A DNA stretch of 64,000 nucleotides, taken from NCBI GenBank assembly GCA_010093605.1, contig MU004193.1, positions 1,185,520 to 1,249,519 on the forward strand. Reading direction: 5' to 3'. The notes beneath the pieces are model-generated. The model searched no databases, had not been told where the DNA came from, and saw only the letters and a list, made by a program, of their open reading frames with translations. The stretch is from Lophium mytilinum. Taxonomy: Eukaryota. Positions within the stretch are counted from its first letter, which is position 1, and every line of letters starts with the position of its first letter. This document shows positions 49,561 to 61,940 of this stretch, piece by piece. A program made the position numbers and the translations under genes.

Positions 49561-52500
49561 GTATATATAGTTCTATAGTAGACATTATAAAATAAACTAT
49601 TTTAACTTCTACTTCTATAATATACTAGTAATTACCGCGTTAATAAGTATACTATATCTATAGCAGGTCTACTATAGACTGCCCGTTTTTAATATTAATA
49701 TAATCTACTTAACTATATACTTGCCGCAAGGCTTAGATATTAGTAGTGCGAGCCTTAAATATAATTTAAGGCCTAAGTATTAGCAATATAAACTATAGTA
49801 TTATATAGGTAAATATCTATATAGCGGCGCTAATACTCTATAGGCCTATATATATTATTAGTAATATTCTTGCATATTATAAGGTATAGAAAGGTTGCAA
49901 GAACCCTCTATTCTACCCTTTTAATCTAGACTGCAGGATATTAGTAGCTAGTATACATCTAATCTTACTTATATTCCTAATAAAGAGATTTAAATAAAGC
50001 AGCCTATAAATTAGAGTGTACTATAGGCCTATAGTAGTATAATTTAGTGCCGTATACATGTACTAGCTAAAAGAAAATAGGTAGAAAAGTATATACTTAC
50101 TAATGCTAAGCCCTTTCTAGCTACCTATATTTTAATATACTACTAACACTACAGCTAATTAGATATAGAGATAAGTTAGGTTAGTTTTAAGATAGTATAA
50201 TACGTTTACATGCCACTCTATAGCTAATTTAGACGCTATCTATTTATAACCTTTCTACTTAATTTAGAAAATACTCTAAAATACTATTATATTTATTACA
50301 CTTCTTAATATATCTAAGTTGCTAGAGAAAGTATATATTCCTAGTCCTAGCTATTATATAAATTAAATAAGAGTATTCTAAAATAGGCGTATAGGCCTAT
50401 ACTCTTAAATTATTAGTATCTCTATACTATATATAATTAGCTAAAGCCCTAAAGTATTATAATAGTGCTCTATAATAATATTAATAATTATAAAAAAGGG
50501 AGCACCGCCTAAGTATATATTTAGATAAATAAACCGGGCTATTATATAGTAATAGTTAATAATAGAGCATTATTTATAATTATCTCTAATACTTAAATAT
50601 ATAAATATATTAGGCAGCAGCATAAAATATAGAATTTTTAGCCTAATACTAAACTATCTAGATCTTATACTAACAACTTAATAAATGCTAGGTTGCTGTT
50701 AATATAAAGAGGCTTTAGTTCCTTCTTAAGAGAAGAGGTAGTATAGGTATTCTATTAATTACTGCAAAATAGTTACCGCTAAAGTAGCTAATTTAGTTAC
50801 GCAGACGCGATAAGAGTCTAGTCTTGGCACCCTATCGTCTAAATATGTATATAAACTAACTCTAACTTTACCTTTTCTACCCCTTTTATACCCTAAGAAT
50901 TGTTAAACTATTATATTATTAGATAAATAAGGCTAGTCCCTAATACCTAATAACCTTAAGCCGGACTCTAGAAATAAGCTTATATAGGGCCTTAATATTA
51001 GCGCCTATAAATATAATACGCTATATACTGCAATAGAGACTAAGATAAAATTAGTAGACCTACTAGGTAGATCCCTCTACTTAAAGATAATTAGGGGGAT
51101 AGTATAATCTATAATAATAGATATTATAAAGAAGTTTTCTAAAATGCTTTTACATGTTCCACTTAAAGAAGAATATAAGTAGATATTAAAACTTGCACAG
51201 TAATATAACTATAATAAGAAAAGACGAGATTATATTAATGCGTCTTATTATTCTAATTCTATAGATACTCCACCTACTAAATAAAATAGAACTTCGCCGC
51301 ACCCTAAATGCTACTGCAGTTTAGCGCATATAGAAATAAAGTTAATATTAGTAAAGTAGCTAGGTAGTAAGGCCGCCCGCATTATACTAGTATATAAACT
51401 TGCACCACCTATGCTACTAAAGAGTATACTAGTAATGCTGGCCCCTAAATTTAGTATACTTATTACTAGATTAAATATAATATTTAGTCTTAATATAGAA
51501 CGCAAAACTATATATTACTATATTGCGGATAATCTTAAGTTTCTAGTTAAGAATAAGGTAGACTAGTATATAGTAATAGTGCATTAGAGTTTATTAAGAG
51601 AACTAGACTATATTACCCTAATTATTAAGCCTTAGCTAAATAGTATATTAGATACATGCAATAATTTTAATTAATATAGCTAATATAGATAGATAATACC
51701 TCTATACCTATCTACTCTAGCTAGTACTATACTATTCTTCTACCTACATCTATATTAGCCTCTACTAGTTATAAACGCCTGCGTAATAAGATAAATAAGT
51801 AAGAGATTAGAGCTATAGAAAAAGTTAAAAAGAATATAAGGGTTATATAAGAGATAAGAGTACGGAACTATAAAAGGTAGAGAACTTAGATAGCGCAAGA
51901 GTCTATATACCTAGCTAACCTAATTTATAATTAAACTATTCTACAGCCCGCCTTACTAAGGGAACTAGACTAGGACTATACTACTCTAAGGCGGGGCCTT
52001 ATTATAACCTTATACTATCTTGCTAGACTAGAATATAGATAGCTTAATATCCCTATATATAGGTAGTATAGAGTTATCTAAACTATAGCTATTATTAAAA
52101 CTAGAAGTATAGCTATATAGCTAAATATTCTAACTAGATATATAGATTCTATAGGGGGGGAATTTACTACTAGTAGACTACCCTTCTATTCTTCTATCTA
52201 GGGACCTTTCTACTATAGAGAAGTACCCTATAATATAGTATGCAACCGCTTGCGGCGTAGCAACTAATAGAGGGCCGGAATTATAGAAAGAAGGCCTAAA
52301 TAGTGGTAAAAAGAGTATTTTAGGCTAAGAGAGAGAAGGATATAATAGCTTAAGGTTGCGCAATTTAGTTAGTAAAGGTAGAGGCGTTTATTATAGATAA
52401 TATAGAAGAGAGACATATACTATAGCTAGAGAAGATAGCTAGCGGGTTATTTGCGCCTAAGTAGGTTGCCTAACCGGGGATAAAGTTAGCGATAAGGGGA

Positions 52501-55500
52501 CGGCTGCGCGTTATAATATTAATACCTCTATTAGGGCCTTTAACTTAGCTAGCTATCTATCTAATAATATAGAACGCAAAGTCTATAATCTCTTAACTAA
52601 CTACTATTTTAATAGCGTAGGAGATGCTATCTAGGAATAATAGTAGAAGGTAGCAGCGCGCGTGCAGCAATTAGTAGAAGTTAATATAAGTGCGTAAGTA
52701 TAAGCTCTAGTCTAAGGCAATATAATAGGAGAGATAATTGCGTAGATAGAAATATTTAATTATATAGAATAATAGGGCTTTATTAAGGGGGGGATAGAAA
52801 AGAGGTATATAACTAGCTAAAGACGCTAAGTTAATATATATAGACTGCATCTAGCTAGCTCTATTATATTCTATTATAATAAATACGCAACTTACTCCCC
52901 CTTTATTCCCTTCTCTCTACGCTACTTAATTATAATCTACTTTACTTCCCTTTATAGTTATTATTCTTATACTCTACCTTAAGAAATAGAATATTCTTTT
53001 ACTACACGCCCTCTATTTATTATTTAGTAAGGCTTAATATTACCTACTTAAATATAGTAAAAGGTAATATAGAACTATCTCTCTCTACCCTAAATAGAGA
53101 CTTACTATATAACTTAAACGTGCTATACTATATATTCTATCTATAGTACACGTTAATATATATATAGCTAACGCGTATAACTATAGATAGTAAAGAAGTA
53201 AAAATGCGCTACCTTAAAACTAATTAACACGGTAACGCGCCTAGCTCCCTTAACTCTAACGCCTGCTAACTAATAATAAATATATAGAACTTAATAAGTA
53301 AAAGAGAATATACTACTAGAATATTCTAAGACGGCGATGCTATATTATCTCGGCCGTCTAGCCGCACCTTATCTCTTGCTAGAAAGAGAAAACGCGGTAT
53401 AGAGGATAAGGATAGGCACACGCCTATTTTCTAATCTAGTAATACTAACTTCCGCGTATAAATAGACTTTAAGCGTAAGATTAGCTTATATATATATTAT
53501 AGCTACTCTACTAAGTAGTATATACTAATAAATACCTATTAGAGTGCCGCCGTAGTCTAAGATAAGATAGCGGCTAGAATAGAAGCCCGCAGGGCTATTA
53601 ACTAAATAACTAGGTTTAATATCTTTGCGTTAAGCAGTCTACTATCCTCCTCTTCTACTAGCCGCTTCTTAGGTATAGGTAGAGGCATACCCGTCTATAA
53701 CTGCATTAGCTCCCTTAGTATAAAATAACGCAGTAAAATAATTTAGATATAGGATGGTGTAGATAGGCATGCTAAAGTACTAACTATAAAGGTAAAATAT
53801 ATAGTAGTAGAAGAATAAATAAGATACTAGATACTTAGAAGTATAGTATTAGGTACTAATATAATTAGAAAATATAGTAACAACCTTATAGCCTAGACTA
53901 AGAGTATTAGGCTAGATATATTTTAGTAAGTGCTAATATAAATATAGGTAGACGTCTATAAAGACTAACTATTCTATACTTAAGCTAATATCCCTACTAC
54001 TCTAAACCCTTTTTACGCGTAGAAGGTATATTACTCTCTCCCTACTCCTATAACCTTATATAATGGCTAATTATAATATATAACCTAGATTTATAATACT
54101 TTTAGTTATTTCTATAATGCTATAATAAAGGTTACTTATAATATTATATAAGAATGCTATAGTCTTAGTTTTATAACTCTAGATATTACCAGCACCGCGT
54201 TAACACTAATAAAGAATTAGAACTATCTCTTTAGGGTAGATAAAGACTAAGCTAAGATTAGTTACTAACCTAGTATTAGATAGCATTCTAATAGATTATA
54301 GAGGCTACTAGTAATCTTTATAGCTAAGGCTATTTAGGTAGTAGTTATAGACCTACTCTTTATAGGACGGTCTATAAACGCCTTAGAGATATAAAGATAC
54401 TTAAAAGAGTTTTTTAACCCCCTCTTAGGTAATACTATTATATATATATATACTTGCCTCTACTATACTATTAGTAAATATACCTTAGGCTAGAAGCGCA
54501 TAAACCTAATTTATAGGGTTACTACTACTAGTATTAACTACCGCCCCCCTTATATAAGACTATGCTAACTATAAGCTAGGGTAGTAAATTATAATAAATA
54601 TCTTGCCTAATAGCGGGCACTTAGCTTACGCTATAAGCACTAACTATTATCCTACTAGTAAGAATTTATTATAAAACGGGTAGGTTAGTATATAAACTAT
54701 AAAGAAGATAATAATAAGAATATATATAATAACTCTAACCGCTATAATGCATTAGATTTAACTAAAGATATAATACTAGAATAATAATAGGCCTTTACTA
54801 CAAGGGTGGCAAGAATAGAAGTAAAGAAGCGGGATTAGTAGCGGAACCTTATTAACTAACGTAAGAAGATATATACGCTAATAAAGCGCATTAAGAGCGA
54901 AGCATAACTATTTAACTCTAGGTACTTATTCTTACCGCGTTTAATTCTATCTAGCCCCCCTCTTAGGGACACTTTATTAGATATTATAGATAGTATAGGT
55001 AATTATATAAGGTAGAGAGCTAAAGTATAATATACTAATTATATTAACTATAGAATAATAAGATTAATAATATAGAGCCTCTTACTAATAATAACTTATA
55101 CCGCTTAGCTCTAATTTATAGGGAGGCTAAGGAGAGTATTAAGATAAAGAACTGCTAGAAGTAGTGCCCTCTTAATCTCTTATTTATATAATTTAGGCAG
55201 CGGTTCTATATAAAGGAAGATAAATGCGGCTAGTATAAAAATAATACTATAATTATATTTAATAAGGACTAATATTAAAAGTTTATAGCTGCCTACGTTA
55301 AGGCATAGAATTCTAGAGAAGGAAGCCTGCGGCTAGTTATTAAGTTGCTTAAGAGTATTAGGGATAAGGAATAGTAGTATAGAATTAGTAAATAGGGTGT
55401 AAGTAGGCTCTATCTTATACTTAGTATTATCTTTCTATTTTATAATATATATACCGCAATTAGATGTATCCTAAATTACTATATAGTCTACTATCTAACG

Positions 55501-55949
55501 CGCAATGTATATATCGCGTGCTATTCCCTAGCCTAGATATCTAGCGCACGCGTTACTAGCTCTAATAGTCTACTAGAATATTAAAATTATTAAGGTTAGT
55601 AATAGTTACATAATTCTTAGAAATATATATAGGTATTACTATCTATATAACGCGTAAAGTCTATAATATATATAAAGTTACTATAGACTATAAAGCCCTA
55701 GTAGAGGTAGTAAGAAGAGATAACTAGATATACTAGTGCAACTTTAAATTTCCTACTATACGCGATAATTATGTATTTAGTATATAAGGCCCCATTTATA
55801 TTATTATCTATCTATCTATAACCTAGGCGGATTGGGCGGTTTTAAAAGGTTAGATAGAGGAGGTAGATAGCTATATTTATAAGGACTATAAAGTAGTTAT
55901 TAACTATAATAATTACCTATAATACTAGATTATCTATAATTAAGAATTA

Positions 55950-56080
55950 TCTACGCAGCCTGCGCGTAAATTTTATATAAGAAGTGGGTAAACTTTTATA
56001 GAGTGGCGCAAAGCCCGCGGAGCGGTAAAATGCGTAGTCTTCTAGAAGGTTACGTAAGTAACTAGTATTCTCTACGCGTT
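55950..56080. repeat. Right subterminal short repeats (CGTAAA/GGTAAA-like) of the Plavaka element
   Basis: gcgcgtaaa, gggtaaac, gcgcaaag, gcggtaaaa, gcgtag and tacgtaag clustered within ~130 bp of the right TIR. Confidence 0.6.
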
Positions 56081-56103
56081 TCTTAATTTAGAAATTCCTA
56101 ATA

Positions 56104-57010
56104 TATATAAAGGACGTAATTATATATATTAATAAGTACGCGTATAATAATAAGATGCTATTCTATTCCTAGATAGAGAATAAGTACCTTCTAGCTAATT
56201 AGAATACTGCGGGTAATCCTCTAGAGTCTCTTCTTTTACTTAATGCTGCGGCGTTTTATAAGACTAAGGCTATTAAGAATCTACTTATAGTAAATCGGGT
56301 ATATATTTTAATAATTCCCGGTAGCTATATAGGCTATCTATAGCCTCTTAATATAGCTATTAATAAGCCTTTTAAGGAGTAGATTACTAAGAATATAGAG
56401 AATTATCTAGAAGTTTAGTATAGGCGTAGAGAGTAGCCTAAGAAAGATAAGCTAATTAATAAGAGAATTCTTACTATATACGTAGTCTCTTATATATAGA
56501 GGGTTCTTAAATTAAAGCCTAAGCTTATCTAAAAAGTATTTAAAGATATAGAAATTACGCTGCTAGCTAATAGAAGTTAGGACTATAAGATATAGATAAA
56601 GGGATATAACCCTAATATATAGAACTTATCTACCTAGGCTAAAGCCCCTATTATTCCTATATATATTAAATAGAAGGTTAACTTTAATAATAATAATCTT
56701 ACCTTTATTAACTAAGATAAGAATATATTTAGCTATATCTATAAATTAGAAACTATTAAGTAGCTTAAGATAGTATATAGAAGGCGCGGTTTAAGAGGCT
56801 ACTTAAGACTTAGAAAGTAGTAGCTAGTAGAGAGGCTAATAGCGTATAATCTAGAGCGCTATAGCTTAATTTCTAAGAGGCATTTAAATACTACTAATAA
56901 CCCTATTAATTTAACTATTACCTAGAATAATAGCTTTCTATCTTCTAGTATTAAAGCTAGTAACTTAGATAATAGGCCTATTATCTTAGATTCTTAATAT
57001 AATGTATATT
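56104..57010 (+). pseudogene. pogo transposase, C-terminal half (2nd and 3rd catalytic Asp regions) with HeH/SAP-like tail, RIP-mutated; end approximate
   Basis: YIKDVIIYINKYAYNNKMLFYS*IE, NAAAFYKT (DAAAFHKT) and IIPGSYIGYL*PLNIAINKPFK (IIPGGCTGYLQPLD.AINKPFK, DDE_1 signature, ~56311-56376). Confidence 0.88.
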
Positions 57011-57269
57011 AGTAGAGTTATAGTAGTTAGAAATTAGGGGGGGTGTACTATAAGGGCGCTTAAGAGGGGCTAGTATTAAGAGGCTAATTTTTTAATATTT
57101 TAATTATAAATACTAGTTTTAATATATATACTATATATTTACTACCTAGAGTAATAGCTAATTAATTATAATATATTCTATCTTATTCTATCTAAAAGCG
57201 CGTTCTAATCTATTAGATATTAGCTATTCTACATCCTCTAGCGGTAGCTGCCAAGAGTGTATTATAAGG

Positions 57270-58017
57270 AAATAGAAAGTCTATAGAAGGGCCGCGTAGC
57301 CTTACTATAAATCTACTTAAGAATAATAACTTAATTAAATATTTATTAATCCTTACGTGCTTTTAATAGGTTAATAGCGTGCATATAGGCTAATAGCGTG
57401 CTTAATTATAGCTAGATTATATTAGTAGATTTAAAAGATTCGCGGTTTAAATAAAGTATATAGGCCTAGAGTATAAAAATAGTCTACGCCTCCAGCTATT
57501 ACACTTTCTTTAGTACGTAAATCTCTTAAATCTACTAATATAATCTAGCTATAATTAAGCGCGCTATTAGCCCGCATGCACGCCGTTAACCTGTTAAAAG
57601 CGCGTAAGGATTAATAAATATTTAAGTAAAAAGAAAGCGGTCTAGCTAGAAATTAAACTATAAAAAGAGTGCTACTAACCCCCCGCTCTCTATGCTTCTA
57701 CAGTTTAAATTCCTGTAATAAAAGCTCCTTAAGCTTATTATATTAAAAATTTAAACTATAGAAGCACTATACTAACTACTAAGCTATACTAGAACTAGAT
57801 AAATTTACTTATAAAATATTCTATATATATATATCTTTAAACTGTAAATCTCTTAAATCTACTAATATAGTCTAGCTATAATTAAGCGCGCTGTTAGCCT
57901 GTATACACGCCGTTAACCTTTTAAAAGCGCGTAGTTATTCTATAATAATTAACTAAGTTATTACTCTTAAGTAGATTTATAGTAAGGCTGCGCAGCCCTT
58001 CTATAGACTTCCTGTTT
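57270..58017. repeat. Internal inverted/direct repeat cluster in the 3' non-coding part of the pogo element
   Basis: ~57270-57440 is repeated in inverted orientation at ~57519-57625 and ~57847-58017 (e.g. aatctcttaaatctactaatat..tctagctataattaagcgcgct..tagcc). Confidence 0.8.
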
Positions 58018-59108
58018 TATGCGGTCTATTATAGAAAAATTTACAACTTATTTAAATTTCTATTAATTTTATTTAAACTAGAACTAAATTAATTAGGTTT
58101 ATCTAATCTATTTACTATCTAAAGTAGAACTCTATGCAACTATTATAGAGGTAGAAATCTACGCCTAGAAACTTAGTAAAATATATACTACTATTATACT
58201 AAACTTTATCTTCCGCTTAATACTAAGGTAACTATCTAGATACTTATAGCCTCTACCTAGGCATATTATATATCTAATAACACGCCTACTAGCTTATAGG
58301 CGTGTGTTAATAGGCATATAATTCTCTTTCTTTATCTAATCTTAGTATTATCCCTTAGTATCTTAGAGAGAGATTCTAGAACCTCTAGATATATTATATG
58401 TCTAATCTATAGGCTAATAATAGATAAGAATATACTTCTTATCTATTTTAAAGCGTAGAGAATTAATATAGTTATATATAGTATCTATAAGATAAGAATT
58501 AGTAAAGTAATATATAAGAAAAGTAGAAAAAATATATATAAACTGCCTTAAATTCCCCTAAGGTAATTAGGGCTTTATTTACAGTTGCATAGGCTATTAT
58601 TAAATAGAAAGATATATAGATTTAAGTATATTTATATAGAGGCTTAATGTATCTAGGCACTGAGCGGGTGCGGCGGATGAGGAATTAGAAATAGAGCCCC
58701 CTGCTAGCGCTGCCAAGAGAGGCGTCTCGATATGCAGAAACTATACGGTACCTAACGACTCGTATTCCAGCATCATGTCTGCATCTGAACAGCCTAAAGC
58801 GTCTAGCCTCGCGGTACCTGGCGGATCAATATGACTGCCCAATCGCCTTCGTCGGCGGGATAGCGGAAGCAAAAACATCGGGTGACGTCGTCGCTTTTCA
58901 TAGCAGACGGCACATGGATCGCCACGCTTTCATGCAGGACAGCGGGCTAGAATACCTGCAGATTTTTACGAACGGACCCTGCGTGGAGGTCTTTCCCATA
59001 TTTTCCCCCTGGCATGATCCTTCTTCCTCTTGCCTGCAACCCTCACTCGATTCAGAAAAACAATTGATCCTTCTCGCTTTTGTATAATCTTTTTGTATCA
59101 TCACAATA

Positions 59109-60037
59109 ATGCGCCCCTCCACATTCGCTTCGCTGCTCGCAGTGCTTTCTGGCTTCTCCGGCGCTGAGGCATACTGGAAGGGCTTCAATGTTGGCGCAAC
59201 CAACCCTGATGGCTCTTGCAAATCGACCGCGGATTGGAAGACTGTCTTCACGACTCTGAAAGGCCTTCCTGGAGCATTCACTTCCGTCCGCGTTTACGCG
59301 TCCTCCGACTGCGACACGCTCGCTAATGCCGTCCCTGCTGCTGTGGACACTGGAACTGGAATCTTGGTCGGTGTGTGGACCGAAGACGACGCTCACTTCG
59401 ATGCCGAGAAGCAAGCGCTTCTGAGTGCTATTCTAGAGCACGGATCCGACTGGATCATCGCAGTTGGTGTTGGAAACGAAGACCTCTACCGCGGCGACAC
59501 TACGGCCGACAAGCTTGCTTCTCAGATCCACGATGTTCGTGGCATGATTCGCTCCGTTGGTGCTAACCAGGAGGTTGGACACGTCGATACCTGGACCGCA
59601 TGGGTGAAGTCAGAGAACGCCGCTGTCATTCAAGCTTCCGACTTTGTTGGAACGGACGGCTACCCCTACTTCCAAGGCGCAGAGATTCAGAACGGCGCCA
59701 ACGTGTTCTGGGACTCTGTCCAGGCGACGCGCGATGTTGTCAACGCCGTTTCACCGGGAACCTGGGTGTGGATCACCGAGACGGGATGGCCGGTTAGCGG
59801 TGCCAACTTCGATGCATCTGTTGCTTCTGTTTCGAATGCGCAAGCGTACTGGACCAATGTGGCTTGCGCTGCTTTCGAGCAAGCTCACACTTTCTGGTAT
59901 GTTGTTGCGAACATTCTTACATGCTTGAGGACCCGTCAGCTGACTCGATTAGGTATGCGTACCAAGATTACTCGGCATCGCCGTCGTTTGGTGTCGTGGA
60001 CGCGAACAGGAACCCCGTCTACAACCTTGCTTGCTAG
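59109..60037 (+). CDS. Secreted GH17 glucan 1,3-beta-glucosidase/glucanosyltransferase, 2 exons (intron ~59897-59952)
   Basis: Signal peptide; GFNVGA...CKSTADW; VRVYASSDC; VGVGNEDLYRGD; GHVDTWT; DGYPYFQ; VWITETGWPVSG. Spliced C-terminus FWYAYQDYSASPSFGVVDANRNPVYNLAC*. Confidence 0.92.
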
Positions 60038-61391
60038 AGGAATGCTGTTGAAGCCCTGATATGATGTGACACAACGGAAATCTGATGGTAATATGAGGAA
60101 TTGGAATTAGAGGGCACGGTACACCAAACGTTTGGTGGATTGAATCGTGTACATTATGAAATTGTTCTAATGAACGCTTGACCTATGATGTATTCGTTCA
60201 GAGCAGTGCATTAGGCCGTGGATGTTCCTTGAATCAAAAGTGCACTACAATGAAACTGGCATAAACAGCCGACGATCTTTGCGGCTGCCGTTTGTGAATG
60301 CACTGAACTTTCCAGAACATTAACCGACCCGAGCGAAGTCGGTTTGTCCACGCGTCTCTCACCCGCCAACGGTTCGGGCGCGATAGTGTCGTAGGGCTGG
60401 CTTCTAATTCGGGAGCTCAGTCTATGGGTCGAGGTGACGATCCGGTTCCGACGGCAGAGACCATGTGACGCTGCAGTGGGTCTGCGAGCAGGATGCCGTC
60501 TTCATCTTGGAAAGGTTCCAAGGTTTGGCGAGCATGAGATTTGGAGAAGAATGGGGGTAGAGAAGTTGAGTGCTTGGGGAAAGTTGGCTCATGTCTCTCC
60601 GTGGAGTGCGTGTGCAGATATTGCGTGCCTCGGAGTCATGAGACTTCACTGTGTCACTGTCGTCGCTGCGAGTACTTTCATGTGCCTATCTGCGACGTCT
60701 AATAGCAACGGCACGGCAATGGCCGAGAGCGATGATAAACGGCGGCGAGCGATCTGCAGAGCCTCAGCCCTTGATGCATGAGAATTGCATCAATCCCAAG
60801 AAAGCGACTCGGTGTGGTCTCGACGCGATGACACAGCTTCTGCGGCCAAGCCGAGAAGGGTTCCGGTCAAGCTGGGCGCGGTGCGCGATTGGGCCAGCGG
60901 CCTCAGGCTATCGCAGCGGAGTCCGGCAGTCTGGCTGGTAGTGAGTGGAGATGCGCTGGCCTTGCATGCGAGGCCACTCGTGGTGCAGAACCCGGCCGTC
61001 TCCCCGCAGATGCCAAGGTCACACTTCGCGACTGTCGGTGAACTGGCGGCCTGTGAAGCCCTTTTCAGCCCTGTGTCGTCTCAGCGCAGTCAGCGATTGG
61101 CTATGACTGGCCAAACTCACCGATGGCCCTCTGCATGCCCGTCCTCTGCGCCAAGCTGCCTAGGTGGGGAGTGTGATCAGGACAAGTATCGCAAGCTCGA
61201 GTTCGCGACTTAAAACAAGACGCCGCTTCCTCCTGCGCCGTATATCTGTCTGAACCACTCTTGACTACTATTTGATTGCGGCACTCCTCGCACTGCCTCT
61301 TGCTTCCTGATCCTCTCCACGCTCCCAAAAAGCAATCAGACCTCGCTGCCCCGCACTTCGGGATACCCCCACCAAACATTGTTTGGGATCG

Positions 61392-61940
61392 ATGCCTGTG
61401 CTGCCATCCACTGTTTCGAAACCACCTCCTCCAATTCAGACTCTGGCTACTTCCTCCAGCGAGTCCCGACTTCCAATGGCTCAAACACCTCCTGCTGAGC
61501 CCTCTCCGGCCTCATTCATGTCGCGCCGCAGCACTCAAGGCTCGACGTCGTCGACCACCTCCCCAGTCGAAGCCACCTTTTTCGAAACAATTGCCTCAAA
61601 AGTAAAGCGAGGCCGTTCTCGCAGCCGCTCCCGGCAAGGCGTACCCCGGAACCGGTCAAAATCGCCCTTACCACCCGACCATCTCTCATCGTCGTCTGCC
61701 CGCACCTCCACCTCCCCGCCAAGACCTCAGCAAACCCGTCACTTCTCAACCATCAGCCAAGACTCGACTCGATCAAGTAACGATGGCTCAAAGCGGTTTG
61801 ACCCAACTCCAACGCGGCGCGCTACAGCGAGCAGCGACCCATGGCGAGGACGTCACGCGAATTCGTGGCTCTTCAACGACTTCAGTGTCACGGACCACGC
61901 AAAAGACCTCTTCCACCGCGGCAAGATATCGCGCTCGTAA
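61392..61940 (+). CDS. Ser/Arg/Pro-rich hypothetical protein
   Basis: 182-aa ORF from ATG 61392 with RSRSRSR and C-terminal DPWRGRHANSWLFNDFSV. Confidence 0.65.
   Translation: MPVLPSTVSKPPPPIQTLATSSSESRLPMAQTPPAEPSPASFMSRRSTQGSTSSTTSPVEATFFETIASKVKRGRSRSRSRQGVPRNRSKSPLPPDHLSSSSARTSTSPPRPQQTRHFSTISQDSTRSSNDGSKRFDPTPTRRATASSDPWRGRHANSWLFNDFSVTDHAKDLFHRGKISRS

Larger units (their letters stand above)
29454..56103 (-). mobile_element. Giant (26,650 bp) Plavaka-type (CACTA/EnSpm-related) DNA transposon with cargo, RIP-inactivated
   Basis: Imperfect 17-bp TIR: TATTAGGAAAACCTAAA vs reverse complement of 56087-56103 TATTAGGAATTTCTAAA (14/17). TA flanks both sides. CGTAAA-like subterminal repeats at both ends, an internal Plavaka transposase relic, and removal restores the host pogo ORF frame. 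Confidence 0.8.
28003..58748 (+). mobile_element. RIP-inactivated pogo-family (DDE_1/CENP-B type) DNA transposon, ~4.1 kb on its own, expanded to 30.7 kb by a nested insertion
   Basis: Perfect 38-bp TIRs CCGTATAGTTTCTGCATATCGAGACGCCTCTCTTGGCA (28003-28040; reverse complement at 58711-58748), flanked by TA (28001-28002, 58749-58750). Transposase halves lie next to each end. Confidence 0.92.

Noticed and set aside
51311..51505. Short minus-strand ORF in the RIP block
   Set aside because: Chance stop-free stretch; the plus strand looks like the former coding strand.
29442..56091. Giant intron joining the two pogo transposase halves (GTAAGA at 29442, TTAG ending at 56091)
   Set aside because: Splice phases do not match. 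A TIR-bounded insertion with a TA duplication restores the frame exactly and is simpler.
28003..58748. Starship-type giant element
   Set aside because: No tyrosine-recombinase captain is recognisable at either end. Boundaries are TIRs with TA duplications and both mobility genes are DDE-type.
59897..60059. Read-through C-terminus of the GH17 ORF to 60059 as in the ORF track
   Set aside because: A GTATGT...TTAG intron gives the family-typical FWY...FGV ending with a stop at 60037.
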